Positions 53,502 to 64,000 of a DNA stretch of 64,000 nucleotides are shown here, one piece after another. The DNA comes from Podarcis erhardii (taxonomy: Eukaryota). The first letter of the stretch is position 1. Each line of letters starts with the position of its first letter. The position numbers were made by a program, and so were the translations under genes. Under the pieces are notes generated by a model, which searched no databases, had not been told where the DNA came from, and saw only the letters and a program-made list of their open reading frames with translations. The stretch lies in NCBI GenBank assembly GCA_964252035.1, contig OZ176210.1, one strand, 5' to 3'.

Positions 53502-53638
53502 GGGATAGCTCAATCAGTAGGGCATGAGACTCTTAAAGGTTGTGGGTTCAAGCCCCATTGGGCAAAAGATTCCTGCTTGCAGGGGGTTGGACTAGATGAT
53601 CCTTTGGGTACCTTCCAACACTATATGATTCTATGATT
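53502..53638 (+). mobile_element. SINE with tRNA-Lys-like head and CR1-type tail
   Basis: tagctcaatcagtagggcatgagactcttaa...gtgggttcaagccccattgggc, then gattcctgcttgcagggggttggactagatgatcc...gattctatgatt. Confidence 0.82.
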
Positions 53639-53889
53639 TACATAATGAGTAGCTCCCTAATACTTACCTTGTAAAATCAAATCTCAAAATGCCTTGGAAT
53701 TAAAGAGTTCTGTACACAATCATTTGTAGATTAGTTCTCTTGTGTTACATAAATCTATACCTCCATCTGATAAGGCTATTGTTGGCTACTATCTACAGAG
53801 GCTATGTTCTAGCTCCATTTTTAGAGTTGGGACGAGTGATGATGTGCTCAGCTTCTACACTTCGGTTTCCCATGGGCGTATTTAGAAAC

Positions 53890-54065
53890 TGAGTACATCT
53901 ACTCTCCTAGCAGTTCAAGGCCCTGTGCCATTTCAGTCTCACAACAGCTCTGTGGGGTATGTTAGGCTAAGATCTGGTAACTGAAAGAAGAGCACCCAGT
54001 GAGCTTCATGACAGATTTCAAAACCAGGCCTCTTCAGGCCTAGTCCAACACGACCACGCCAGTCC
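53890..54065 (-). mobile_element. Squam3-like SINE
   Basis: Antisense body tctcacaacagctctgtggggtatgttaggct...cacccagtgagcttcatg...ctagtccaacac. Confidence 0.65.
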
Positions 54066-54565
54066 CACTTATCTTGCAAAGTGCTGCTTTGGCCTAAGGT
54101 GCTCCTGAATTTTGTTTCAAATCAGCATTGGGGTTTTTTTAATATTTTTTTTTCAAATTACAAAATGTTTCTTTTATGAACATACATAATGAAGCTATGC
54201 TTCAACCATTTTTATTTAATGGTTTTTGGTTCCAAATTACATTTATAAAGCTTTAATAAGAGTCCAATCTTAGGGCATGTTTTATGGAAACTTTGACTTC
54301 CCCTAGATACCGTTGCCTCCTACACAAGATAACTAACATGCCCTACCTTTTAGAGTGGCCTTAAATCTTCCAAATTCCCCCACACCACCCAAGGTGGGCT
54401 GCCTCATAATTTGAGAATGACAGTATTAGGATCAAGAGCATCTTTATCCATTCTCAAATAAATTGTGAATGCAGTGTATGATTGTGGTAGTATATTGCCT
54501 CCTAAAAGTAAATGAACCAAGTATACAGTACTCTATTCAAATATTGATCACATTACAAAAACAAT

Positions 54566-54571
54566 TTTATT
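54566..54571 (-). terminator. Candidate SLF1 polyadenylation signal (AATAAA on the - strand)
   Basis: Plus-strand TTTATT about 760 nt past the SLF1 stop; a second lies at 54211-54216; usage unverified. Confidence 0.35.
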
Positions 54572-55167
54572 AACAAAAATATTATACAGGATTAGTGAAA
54601 ATGAGGTAGCCAACAAAATGAAGTGTCGCTTGATAGGATGGAGTAAAAGGATCCCCTGAGTTGGTGCCACAATCGTTGCTGGAGCTCACCCCCCCCCCAT
54701 TTTAAGAGACTATGGGCTGTTTCACAGCTGGTGGAAACCAGTTTCCCAGTATGGGAATGTGCTGTAGTGCCCAAGTAAGAAGCATCCACTTTCAGTTTCC
54801 TATGATGACTGAGCCTGGAGAGTAGTTTGTTTACAAACTAGCTGGTGAGGACAAGCCAGCATCTGAGAAAACAGTTTGCTTAATTAGTGGGAACAAGATA
54901 GGATCAAGCAAGTTTCCCGTGTTCAAACAGTATAAGGGAAAATGTGGTTAGTGCAAAACTGGGAACAGACGATTCTGGTTTTCTGTCCTGGGAAAGGAAA
55001 GTGTGCAAACTTGATATTCTGTACAGCTTGTTCGCATTGTAGTAGGAAGCCAGTTTTGTGTGACGGCTAAATCAGGCAAATACAGTCTTAGTTCCCTTGT
55101 GGGGATCAGTAGGTCAACCAGGCAAGGGTATTATGCTTATATGTTGAAGACGATAAACATGTTAGAC

Positions 55168-55284
55168 CAGGATCAATGAGGTACCAGATGCTGCCAAGAC
55201 AACAACTCCCATCATCTCTTATCATTGGTCATGCTGGATGGAGCTGATGGGAGCTGGAGTCCAAGGTCACATTAGCTACCCCAG
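55168..55284. mobile_element. Palindromic MITE copy within the SLF1 3'UTR
   Basis: caactcccatcatc...cattggtcatgctggatggagctgatgggagctggagtcc, starting about 45 nt after the SLF1 stop. Confidence 0.55.
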
Positions 55285-55327
55285 TGTTAAGACTATCAGC
55301 TTTTGGCAAGCAGTCTTAGTTTGGAAG

Positions 55328-55821
55328 CTAGTTGGCCAAATAACAGTTAGACATTTGGATTTCCACTGAAATTTGCTGTAGTGTTGCTGCAAAAGCTTGC
55401 TGCTGTTCACCTGTGCCCTTTTTAAGCTCCTCAATCATCTTCTGAAGATACACTGGGAGATGTCGAAAGGTTTCAAGCTCTCTAAAATAAAGATCTAGGA
55501 ACCAATGGCTAGAGCTAGCATTAAACTTGAAACAATCAGCTGTCATCAGCAACGGTTTGGAGCAGGCGAGCTTTTTAAAGGCTACAGAAAAAGGCTTAAA
55601 TAGCTTATATACAGAACAAAAGTTTAACAACATCTTGCAATATAAGACCGTCCAAAATTCTGTCTGTGTTTTATGAAAATTGCTTTCCACTTGTGCATGG
55701 AATTCCTCAACTTTCTCTTCTGGATTAACAAGATGCAAAAGTTGCTGCTTAGTTGTTTCACACTTTATGATATCCAGTGGCAGGTTCCCCTCAGAATCTT
55801 TCTGCTGTAGCAATACTGGTC
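55328..55821 (-). CDS. SLF1: SLF1 terminal coding exon: (G)PVLLQQKDSEGNLPLD...EIQMSNCYLAN*
   Basis: ctgcag| acceptor at 55822, 494 nt, TAG at 55330-55328; matches ORF 55328..55813 and the SLF1 C-terminal motifs LLQQ...G.LPLD, MLLNFCS and W.LDLY. Confidence 0.95.
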
Positions 55822-57974
55822 CTGCAGAAGAAACAAAACATTAAAAAGGAAATAGCTTATTTAGCGCAGCTAAACAACTGGCTGTTTTTCAGTATCTGCA
55901 GTTTTGTCTGCAGCATCTAAAGCTTTTTGATTAACAAATCACATTTTAATTCCCAAACGAATTAGAATTGTTAAGCCTCTTTCAGGCGTATACTATGTGC
56001 CTTAAAGATTATGGGGTGAAATGCCCTGCTAAGACCTTTGCTCCTCACCCTCGCAGTCATGTGGTGAGTCAGTCATGGGCTGGATGTTCTCGAACACTGG
56101 ATCCAAATTCGCTAAGTACTGCAGACCCGTTTTTCAAAACCCCAAGCCATGGACCCTCTGGTTTTGAAAAGTTGTACATCTCTAAGTTAGTTTTTGTTAT
56201 GCGAATGGTGCCACAAACCCTTGGGGGTCCGGGGACCACCAATTGGCAACCACTGTTCTAAAGCAAAAGCCACTTCCTGATCTCATCAGTGTACTACAGA
56301 TTTCTTTTTGTTAACATAACCAGATGATTCAAGTTCTTTGTATACGTATCATGCTTCGGTATATTTAAAGAAATTGGTAATACCTATTAAAATACAGGTT
56401 TACAAAATGTGTTTTGCAAGACACACAAAATAGATGATACTGATAGATGAAGATGATAAAAAAGAAATGAGGAAGCAAACTTTGGGGTACACAAATATAA
56501 AATGGGGACTGCTGCCATCCATGGTGACAAATTTATTTTACAACGTTTATATACTGATAGATTGTAATAAAAGCTCAAAGTGGTTTACAAATCACAGTAA
56601 CATTCAATTAAGTTGAGCGCATGGGCAGAAGGCTGTGCCAGCAGCTGAGTTACGTAGCATTTCACATGTCTCAGCCACATGTATAAAGAATCCTAGCCTT
56701 GTTCATACACTTAGGGGGAATTCCTTATGTATGGCAGATAGCTTTCATTATGAGCCAGGCCTTCTATGTGAATGCCAAAGGATGGTAGTTGGTGGCATTT
56801 CTCTGCCTCCAAAATGTGGGAGAAAGGTCTTGTGAGCTGGTCATCCTTACAAGTCAGCAGGATCTCTTACCTACTATTTTGGAGAAAGAAAAATGCCACT
56901 AACTAACTGAGTATTCACACGGAGAACCCAACTCAAACTCAAAGAAGGCCTTCCTGCTACTCTGTCACACTGTTTCAGCACTCCCTTGCCAAGCAAAGGT
57001 AAGAACTGGAGTTTGGAACGTATTTTTAAGTTTAAACAGTGGCACAATAAGAAACAGCAGATTAGATATGCTAAAAATATAGTTTCCTGTTACTTTCCCT
57101 AAGACCTACAAAATGAGAAGAAAAGGCGATATAGCTTGCTTGCATAAAGCAGTTTTAACATGCACCAAAAGCAACAAACTATTAGCATATGCTGTTTATC
57201 AGGAGGGAGTTATGTGTCATTGCACTGAATGCCCTCTAGACAAACAGCCTTGGCTGTCAGGTGAACCTTGGGCTGTGTGGATCCACCAGAAGTAACTCTT
57301 CCTTAGTGGCTGAATAGGACAGAATGCAAGAATGCAGCTTCTCAAATAACCAGGTCTTAAGTTTTTATTCCATAAACCCCCTAAACATTCACAGAATCAA
57401 ATAATGTGTTTGCATCTAGCAAGGACACACAGAAAAAAGTATGCCTAGATTCACCCACATTTTTGCCTTTAAGCGGTATATAAATTAATAATAATAACGG
57501 TTTCTGGGATGGTCCTGCAGAAGGTCCTGTATACAGAGAAGACTGCCGTGCACAGTTTAAATGCCCAAGCCTGTATCTTAACACCCAAGCCTATGAGTGC
57601 AGCACTCATCACCTGCTTGGCAGACAGGTCAGAGGGATTTAATGATCTTGCTTCTACCTAACAGGTAATCAGTACTGACACTCTGTTTCTTAGATTGGAG
57701 GACTTTTTATGTGTAGCAATGTGGTCTGAGCATTCTGCTGCTGCTACTAGAGCGATAGATCAGCTGCAGCCTTTTTAAAAAAAAAAACAAAAAACCAACA
57801 ATTCAACTACCATAGATTACAGGTTGCACAGAGTTTTTAGTCATGAAGAAACTGCAATGTACTTAACTGAAATGCTTTAATGTGCAGGGGGAAATGCTAT
57901 GTTAATGTGACATATGGATTGGGGGGGGGGGAGAAGAGCAGCCTACTTTTGTGAAAGGTAAACTGCAAGACCAG

Positions 57975-57975
<1 letters not shown>

Positions 57976-58024
<49 letters not shown>

Positions 58025-58204
58025 GTTGTTATTTGTACCGTGCCCATCTGACTGGGTTGCCCCAGCCACTCTTGGCAGCTGCCAGCATATACAAAAACCA
58101 TAATAAAATATTAAACATTAAAAACTTCCCTATATAGGGCTGCCTTCCGATGTTTTCTAAAGGTTGCATAGTTACTTATCTCCTTGACATCTGATGGGAG
58201 GGCG
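57976..58204 (-). mobile_element. 5'-truncated L2-like LINE 3' end with (ATT)15 tail
   Basis: Plus-strand (AAT)15 at 57976-58020, then atttgtaccgtgcccatctgactgggttgccccagccactc...ccttgacatctgatgggagggcg. Confidence 0.75.
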
Positions 58205-58207
58205 AAT

Positions 58208-58378
58208 CCAGGATTCAAATTCCCACTCAGCCTTAGGGCTCATTAGGAGACGTGGGCCAGTCACTATTTCCCAGCCTACCCTACCTCAAAGGACTGCTGG
58301 GAAAATAAAAGAGGAGAAACATGAATGCCCCCCTTGAGCTCTTTAGGAAAAGGATGGTATAACACATCAATAAAATTA
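58208..58378 (+). mobile_element. Squam3-like SINE body
   Basis: ggattcaaattcccactcagcc...gggccagtcact...cagcctaccctacctc...ccttgagctc with A-rich tail. Confidence 0.65.
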
Positions 58379-59871
58379 ACAGGTTGTGTGCCTACAGAGA
58401 GAGGGCCATGCACACAAGGGCAATATTTGAATTTTCAAATGTAGATATTGCATCATAGTGTAGATTAAAAAAACAACCCAAAACTAAAAAGGATGTCTTA
58501 TGGGTGAGGGACGTGCCAAAGGACTCTATAAAGTTTAGTTACCAACAATGAGCAATTGTATACTGAATGTGCAGCATAGTTCCTGCCATGCTTCTGTCAA
58601 ACTGCTTGACAGGCGAAGGCCTGGCATGTGACAGCCAAGATAACTCTGCACACACCGTCTGCACTGTTGCAAGAGGACCTTGATGAATGAAAGTGCAAGC
58701 AGATCTTCTCCCCTAGGACAAGGGGATCATCTGCTGCCCATTCTTCACAGACACCCAGGAAAAATGCACATCTGTCAGTGTAATGCCACGTTCTATTGAA
58801 GACTTGGGCTTTCGGTAATATTGGCTCTTGCATCACTTAGACCGATTGAAGTGAGGCCAGGTATTGGCTTGGCGTGTCAGTCGCATGGTGCGGTAGATAA
58901 ATAAAACACCTGGGAGACAGCATTAAGGTTCAGCACAAGCCCACAGAGGGAGAAGAGCAAGGGATGTATTGATTGCGAAAGAATGTCAGCCAGAGACAAA
59001 GAAAGTAGCCTTTAGGGGGCAGGAGAAGACTGCAAATGCACAGAGGTCTTATAAAACAGACTAACCAGTGTAATGTTTGTGTTTCTGGCTGAGTTTAGCT
59101 AAAAGCTATCTAAGTACAGAACATTATTTTGCACTCCACACAGCAGAATTAGTATAGCCATAACAAATCTGAAAACATGAAATATGTGAAATTAAATTGA
59201 CATGCAGAGTAGTGGTATGAGCTACATAAACTCTGTGTTTATATATGGCACATACAAACGCTCTAAAATATATATACTTTCTCTCCTTTGAAGATGAGTA
59301 CTTTGTGAGGGGAAGACATCTCATGGAGGGTATACACAAAATGTTGTAATTTTTGAACTGCTTTAAGTGGGTTTTTTTTAAAAAAATGCAAAATTCTAAA
59401 GTAAGCTATTTCTAACCTTTCCCCTCCAATTTTTAAAAACCTAGACTTTTCAGAAGCAGAATTATCAGCCTAAATGTTTGGATAACCATAAATATAAGCA
59501 GAAACACCATGAAATTAAGCAGCACAAAGCAGTTAAGCTAATCATTTCTGCAGTACATTGTAAAAATTAATTTAAAATCCAGATTTTGTGAAAAATGCCT
59601 GGTAGGCATGCAATCCACATCACTGCTTTTTCATACAGCTTTTACAAAAAATCTGCAATTCAGCAAATGTGAGAAAGCAGCCAAAGTTATGGGCTTACTG
59701 AAATAATTTAACTGACAAGATGAATGAGTATAAATATGGCATGATGCACATCAATATTTATGAAAACCTCTAGCTTTCAAAAATCACATCAAGAACACCC
59801 TCAAATTTTAATACTCTGCAGTTTTTACAGATTCAAATTTCTCTAAGCTTATTTAACACAAACACACTCAC

Positions 59872-60054
59872 CCCCATGCTGAAGTAGAAGCTTGGCAATT
59901 TGTACATGTCCATTTCTCAGGGCATCATGCAAGGGAGTCACCCCATCCACTTGGCTGAACAGGTTTACCTCTGGACAATGTTGCAAAATTTCACGGACAC
60001 ACAGAGTGTTTCCATGGTTACAAGCTTCATGCAAAGGCGTCCAGCCAGCATAGT
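59872..60054 (-). CDS. SLF1: SLF1 ankyrin-repeat exon: (D)YAGWTPLHEACNHGNTLCVREILQHCPEVNLFSQVDGVTPLHDALRNGHVQIAKLLLQHG(G)
   Basis: ttcag| acceptor, 183 nt in phase 1/1, |gtgagt donor; two ankyrin repeats (GWTPLHEA, GVTPLHDA). Confidence 0.97.
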
Positions 60055-60660
60055 CTGAATTACAAATCAAGGGAAGTTTGAGAAAACAGTAAAATTAGTA
60101 GCAGGATGTTCATAATATTGTCGTTCAGATTCTGTTTACCCTTTCCCCCTCTAACTAGTGTTGTAACAAATATTTTGAGAAATCAATATGCTAATTCTGT
60201 ATTATACTTTTAAAATGAAAGGAGGCAAAGATCTACTTCAGTGTCATTCTACAATGAAGCTGTTTCTTTTTCTTTTTTTCCAAAGCAGCGTATTTGTTAT
60301 TGCTAAAGTAAGAACAAGGCATCTGCAGTCAAAACCACACACTGGCCCGGGTCTGTTCGGACCAGAATTTCACATAAAAATCTTGACTATAAAGCCATTC
60401 ACAGCTTTTATCCTCCTATCTATAAAAAGGCCAGAAATGAATTATTTTAAACCACAACTGTCCTTTAACAGAAAAACCATGCAGACAATTAAGTGCAATC
60501 AATAAGCTTTAGCCGCAAAACTACCCATAAAATCTTTGCTTTGATTCATAATCCCGAAGCAGGAAAACAAGGAATGAAAAGAACTCTGCGAACACACAAG
60601 TATCACAGCTATTTGGGAGGCTTAATGTGTTTGTTCAGGGAAGAAAATAAAACTACTTAC

Positions 60661-60753
60661 CTTTAACGTTAATATCTATTCCTGGAAGAGACAGAAGATG
60701 AATCAATCTCTCCACATTGTTCCTTTTGCAAGCAGTATGCAGGGCAGTCTCTC
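60661..60753 (-). CDS. SLF1: SLF1 ankyrin-repeat exon: (G)ETALHTACKRNNVERLIHLLSLPGIDINVK(D)
   Basis: ttgctag| acceptor, 93 nt in phase 1/1, |gtaagt donor; canonical ankyrin GETALH motif. Confidence 0.96.
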
Positions 60754-61387
60754 CTAGCAAACAGAATTAATAGATTATACCAGTCTAGGCAAAATGGCAA
60801 CTGAAGAAAATAATCAAAGCGCAGGAACTAGGAGATCTGGCTACACGCCAGAGCACTCAGTAATGAATAAGATTTCCCTTTGTCCTGTTTAAATACCTTT
60901 TAAGAAAACTCAAAAAGCCCACAGAGCTTCTGTTCCATCAGAGATCCAGCAATGGAACTGCACTGCTAAAGGGTTAACACAGGAATTATCTTTCCCTCTC
61001 CCCCACCCACCCGTTCAAGCTGTAAAGCTTCAACCACATTATAAAAGCACCGAATGATCACAGAACACCAAAAATGCTTGGTTTTGAAGCAATAAAAGTT
61101 TAGAGCGCAGTTGCCCTCCCTTAAATTTATTCATGAACCTACATTAAGTGTATGGTTCTTTTTACACAGCGTTTGTAGCTTAATTCAAATGAATGTTTCT
61201 GGCTAAGCACGAGTGCCTCTACACACTCAAGTATAATTCAGAACTTCAAATCCGTTAACAGATGGTTTGCTGTTTCTCAATAGGCTGTCTGGCTTGCCTA
61301 CAGTACCAGAGAGAAAAAGGAGGGGGGGTGGAGGAGGGAGAGGGAGAGAGATTAAGAAGAATGAAGCAGTCTTAAGAAGAGGGAACG

Positions 61388-61388
<1 letters not shown>

Positions 61389-61426
<38 letters not shown>
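61389..61426. repeat. (AC)19 microsatellite, (UG)19 in SLF1 pre-mRNA
   Basis: Direct reading. Confidence 0.98.
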
Positions 61427-61428
<2 letters not shown>

Positions 61429-62674
61429 AGACCTAGGAAAAAAGAGAGAAGGAAGACAGTGAAGACTGACTGCAGTTTACAGGTAGTGCCTCAATTAACA
61501 AAGGCAGGCTGTAAAATTCTTATATTTGTTTACGTTTTCATCTACTGATTGTACTGGAACAAGAGTCGACAAAAAACACGTTTCCAAGTGAATGATGAAA
61601 TTTACCCAAATGAGAACATTCTGCCCTCCCCACATTTGCTCAATGGGACTGGGTCAGTAAATTTCCTTATTTATATTCAACAGGATGATATTCTTATGCA
61701 AAGTGTCTGGTTGTTTGTTGTGGGCAACAATCAAGTCTATCTTTCCCAATGTATCATATTTTAGCCACTTCTTTTAAGCGGAATTATGTATCAGTTTGTC
61801 TTACCTCTCCAATAGCATACCAGTAGGGGGGAAATCAGATAATTTTTTTATCAGTGCATTTGCTGATATAGTTTGAGACTTTGGCATAGGGTGGGCATAA
61901 AATTTAAATCCAAGCAAAATGAGGGTTCTGCTGTTTTTGACTCTACCAATAGCTTAGCATATAGTTCTAAAATATCCCTTCTGATACCCATTACTGTTAT
62001 ACTTTGGAGCGCTTTGAATGGCAATAATTATATATGTCTAGGTTAAATTCATATTAAAAATAGTTCCAGAAATTGATTTAAGACAGGTACAAGCATATAA
62101 GTACATTTTATTACATTTGTGTATTGAACAGAGCCCGTGTAAACTACTGTACTGTGCTATTTAAAACTTAAGTGCTTGGGTTCTAGTGTAGTTAAAACTA
62201 AAATCCAAATGCATTTCATAGCTTGGGCTCGATGCCTAGAAGAAAACAGTCCATATGCTTAATGGGGCTATGTAATTCAGCATACACTTTGGTCTTTGTT
62301 TGCAAAACGTCTAGGACGGAAAGAGATGAAGACTGAATTAGACTTTCAAATCAGAGGACGATGCTGATTCTTCCAAGCACAGGTTGAGGTGGATTAGTGA
62401 AATAAGGCTATGACTGGAATGGACTCATTTTAGAATGCATTCTCAATTTACAACTCAAGAGAAAATTGTGTGAGTGTGTGTTTGACTGATTAAAAAAAGC
62501 AGACAATCAAATCCCCAACTTTAAAAAAGGGGCATTGCATAACAAAAAGCACAAGAAAGCCATGTTTGACTTATGGCAATAATGAGATACCACTCCATCT
62601 TCACTGGGGCCAAATGTGGAACTACGGATTGCAAACTTGTGAAGTACTAAGCATAAGTTAGGAAATCACAGTAC

Positions 62675-62808
62675 CTTTAACGTTAACCTTGTTAACAGTC
62701 CCCTGCTTCCCTGAAAAATGATGATTATCTTTGCTGCGCATCATCTCAACTTCAGCTTTGTTTCCCAATTTCTTTTGAACACAAGCAGAGTCACCAGTGC
62801 CTTGTATA
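62675..62808 (-). CDS. SLF1: SLF1 coding exon: IQGTGDSACVQKKLGNKAEVEMMRSKDNHHFSGKQGTVNKVNVK(G)
   Basis: ttttag| acceptor, 134 nt in phase 2/1, |gtactg donor; open frame linking the flanking exons and ending just before GETALH. Confidence 0.87.
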
Positions 62809-63320
62809 CTAAAAGCAAGAAGTGGTAAAAGTATGTTAAAAGACTGAACTTTATTTACATTTTAAAAACCAACAACACCCCACTTGTTCAGAAGTAACAA
62901 GTGTTCTCGCAGACAGATACATCTACATGCTTTCATATTTTGAAATTTAAGTCACTGTAGTTTTGAAACATTCCATACAGTATGTGCTTGTAATAAACCC
63001 ACCAATCATTCAATATACAGGGCTTAAGCTCACTCTAAAAACATTATTTCTTGAATACTTCTATTTCTCCTGGGAAGCAATTTACATTAATAGTGGGAAA
63101 GTATGTATAGTCTGTGAAGTCTACATATATGCAGGGAAAGGGAAAAGGGGAAAAAACCCTCACCATTCCCAGATGTGTTACAGGATTAAAACCGAGCTTT
63201 CTGCCAGTCACAGTAATTTGCAGACAACAACACAGGTCACATAAAGTTCAAGAAATGTGTCAGGTCAGAAGCTGTCCCCCAAAGCAGAATAAAACCGGTG
63301 ATGTTATAGGTATTACTTAC

Positions 63321-63484
63321 GGTACATCAGGCAGCACTTCGGCTTGGTTCTGCTTATCACCATTTAGCATCAGTAATGCCCTTTGAGACTTAGGGCAAGG
63401 CCATTGCCCTATTTTCCTTTTCTTTGCTTTGTGTATCCTTGGCTCACACAACCCAACTTGTAAAGCAGGCAGATAGGAACAAAC
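63321..63484 (-). CDS. SLF1: SLF1 coding exon: VCSYLPALQVGLCEPRIHKAKKRKIGQWPCPKSQRALLMLNGDKQNQAEVLPDV(P)
   Basis: Minus strand aacag| acceptor, 164 nt in phase 0/2, |gtaagt donor; resembles the SLF1 segment CSYLPAL...KIGQ.PC..SQR.LLMLNG. Confidence 0.9.
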
Positions 63485-64000
63485 CTGTTGCAAGAGTCAA
63501 ACTTTAGTCCAGCTATGTTAAATATGACATCTGGTAATTAGCAACGCTAACAGTTCCCTCCAGATCTTTATTGCATTTAAAGCTTATCTTCCAGATTATC
63601 ATACCTAGGCTTCACAAAAGCCTTTTAAAGTAAAGCTTATGGTGTGAAACTCTTAAGGACCCAGATAGTTTCTCACACCCCTATGCAGGTTATGTTGTTA
63701 GGGTGCTGCTGGGAACTTGACTTGCTCTTCTCACACATATTTTGGCTTTTGAGTGGTTTGCTGTATTGTGGGCTACTGCGCTTTAGGGTTCAAGTACATG
63801 CTCGAAAGTAGCATCCATGTGTTGGAATTGGGGAAAATATGCTGCACTACAGCAGAAGGCAATTTGCCATGGGGAATGAGAGTAAGATGCACTGGGCTGG
63901 ATCCAATGTTGCACCAGCGGAAGTCTAGTTTGTAATGTTTATCATTAAGTCCTGCAACGCTAGTACCCAATCTCTGTTGATTGGAAAGAAGCAAAAATTC

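Noticed and set aside
63773-63994. 73-aa minus-strand ORF as a further SLF1 exon
   Set aside because: No recognisable SLF1 similarity and no convincing donor; upstream SLF1 exons probably lie beyond the window

Overview
Vertebrate genomic DNA, most likely a squamate (lacertid-type) lizard judging by its repeat families; this taxonomic call is an inference. Two genes converge tail to tail. On the + strand are the last six coding exons of MCTP1 (11747-42284, transmembrane/reticulon-like region and C-terminus). On the - strand are the last five coding exons of SLF1/ANKRD32 (63484-55328, including the ankyrin repeats). All exon boundaries are GT-AG with consistent reading phase. Introns and the intergenic gap hold solo LTRs, Tc1/mariner-type and hAT MITEs, a Tigger-like end, RTE/CR1/L2/L1 LINE remnants, tRNA-derived SINEs and microsatellites. 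Leading hypotheses: (1) two unannotated-looking alternative first exons inside the long MCTP1 intron (6959-7006 and 11379-11459), both splicing in frame to exon 11747 to give C2-less, membrane-domain-only MCTP1 isoforms, one with a poly-Leu signal-like leader; (2) a (UG)19-flanked cryptic terminal exon in SLF1 that would delete the ankyrin histone-reader domain; (3) an L1-in-L1 nested insertion that can be reconstructed from its target-site duplications. No database searches were run; family names rest on recalled consensus features.
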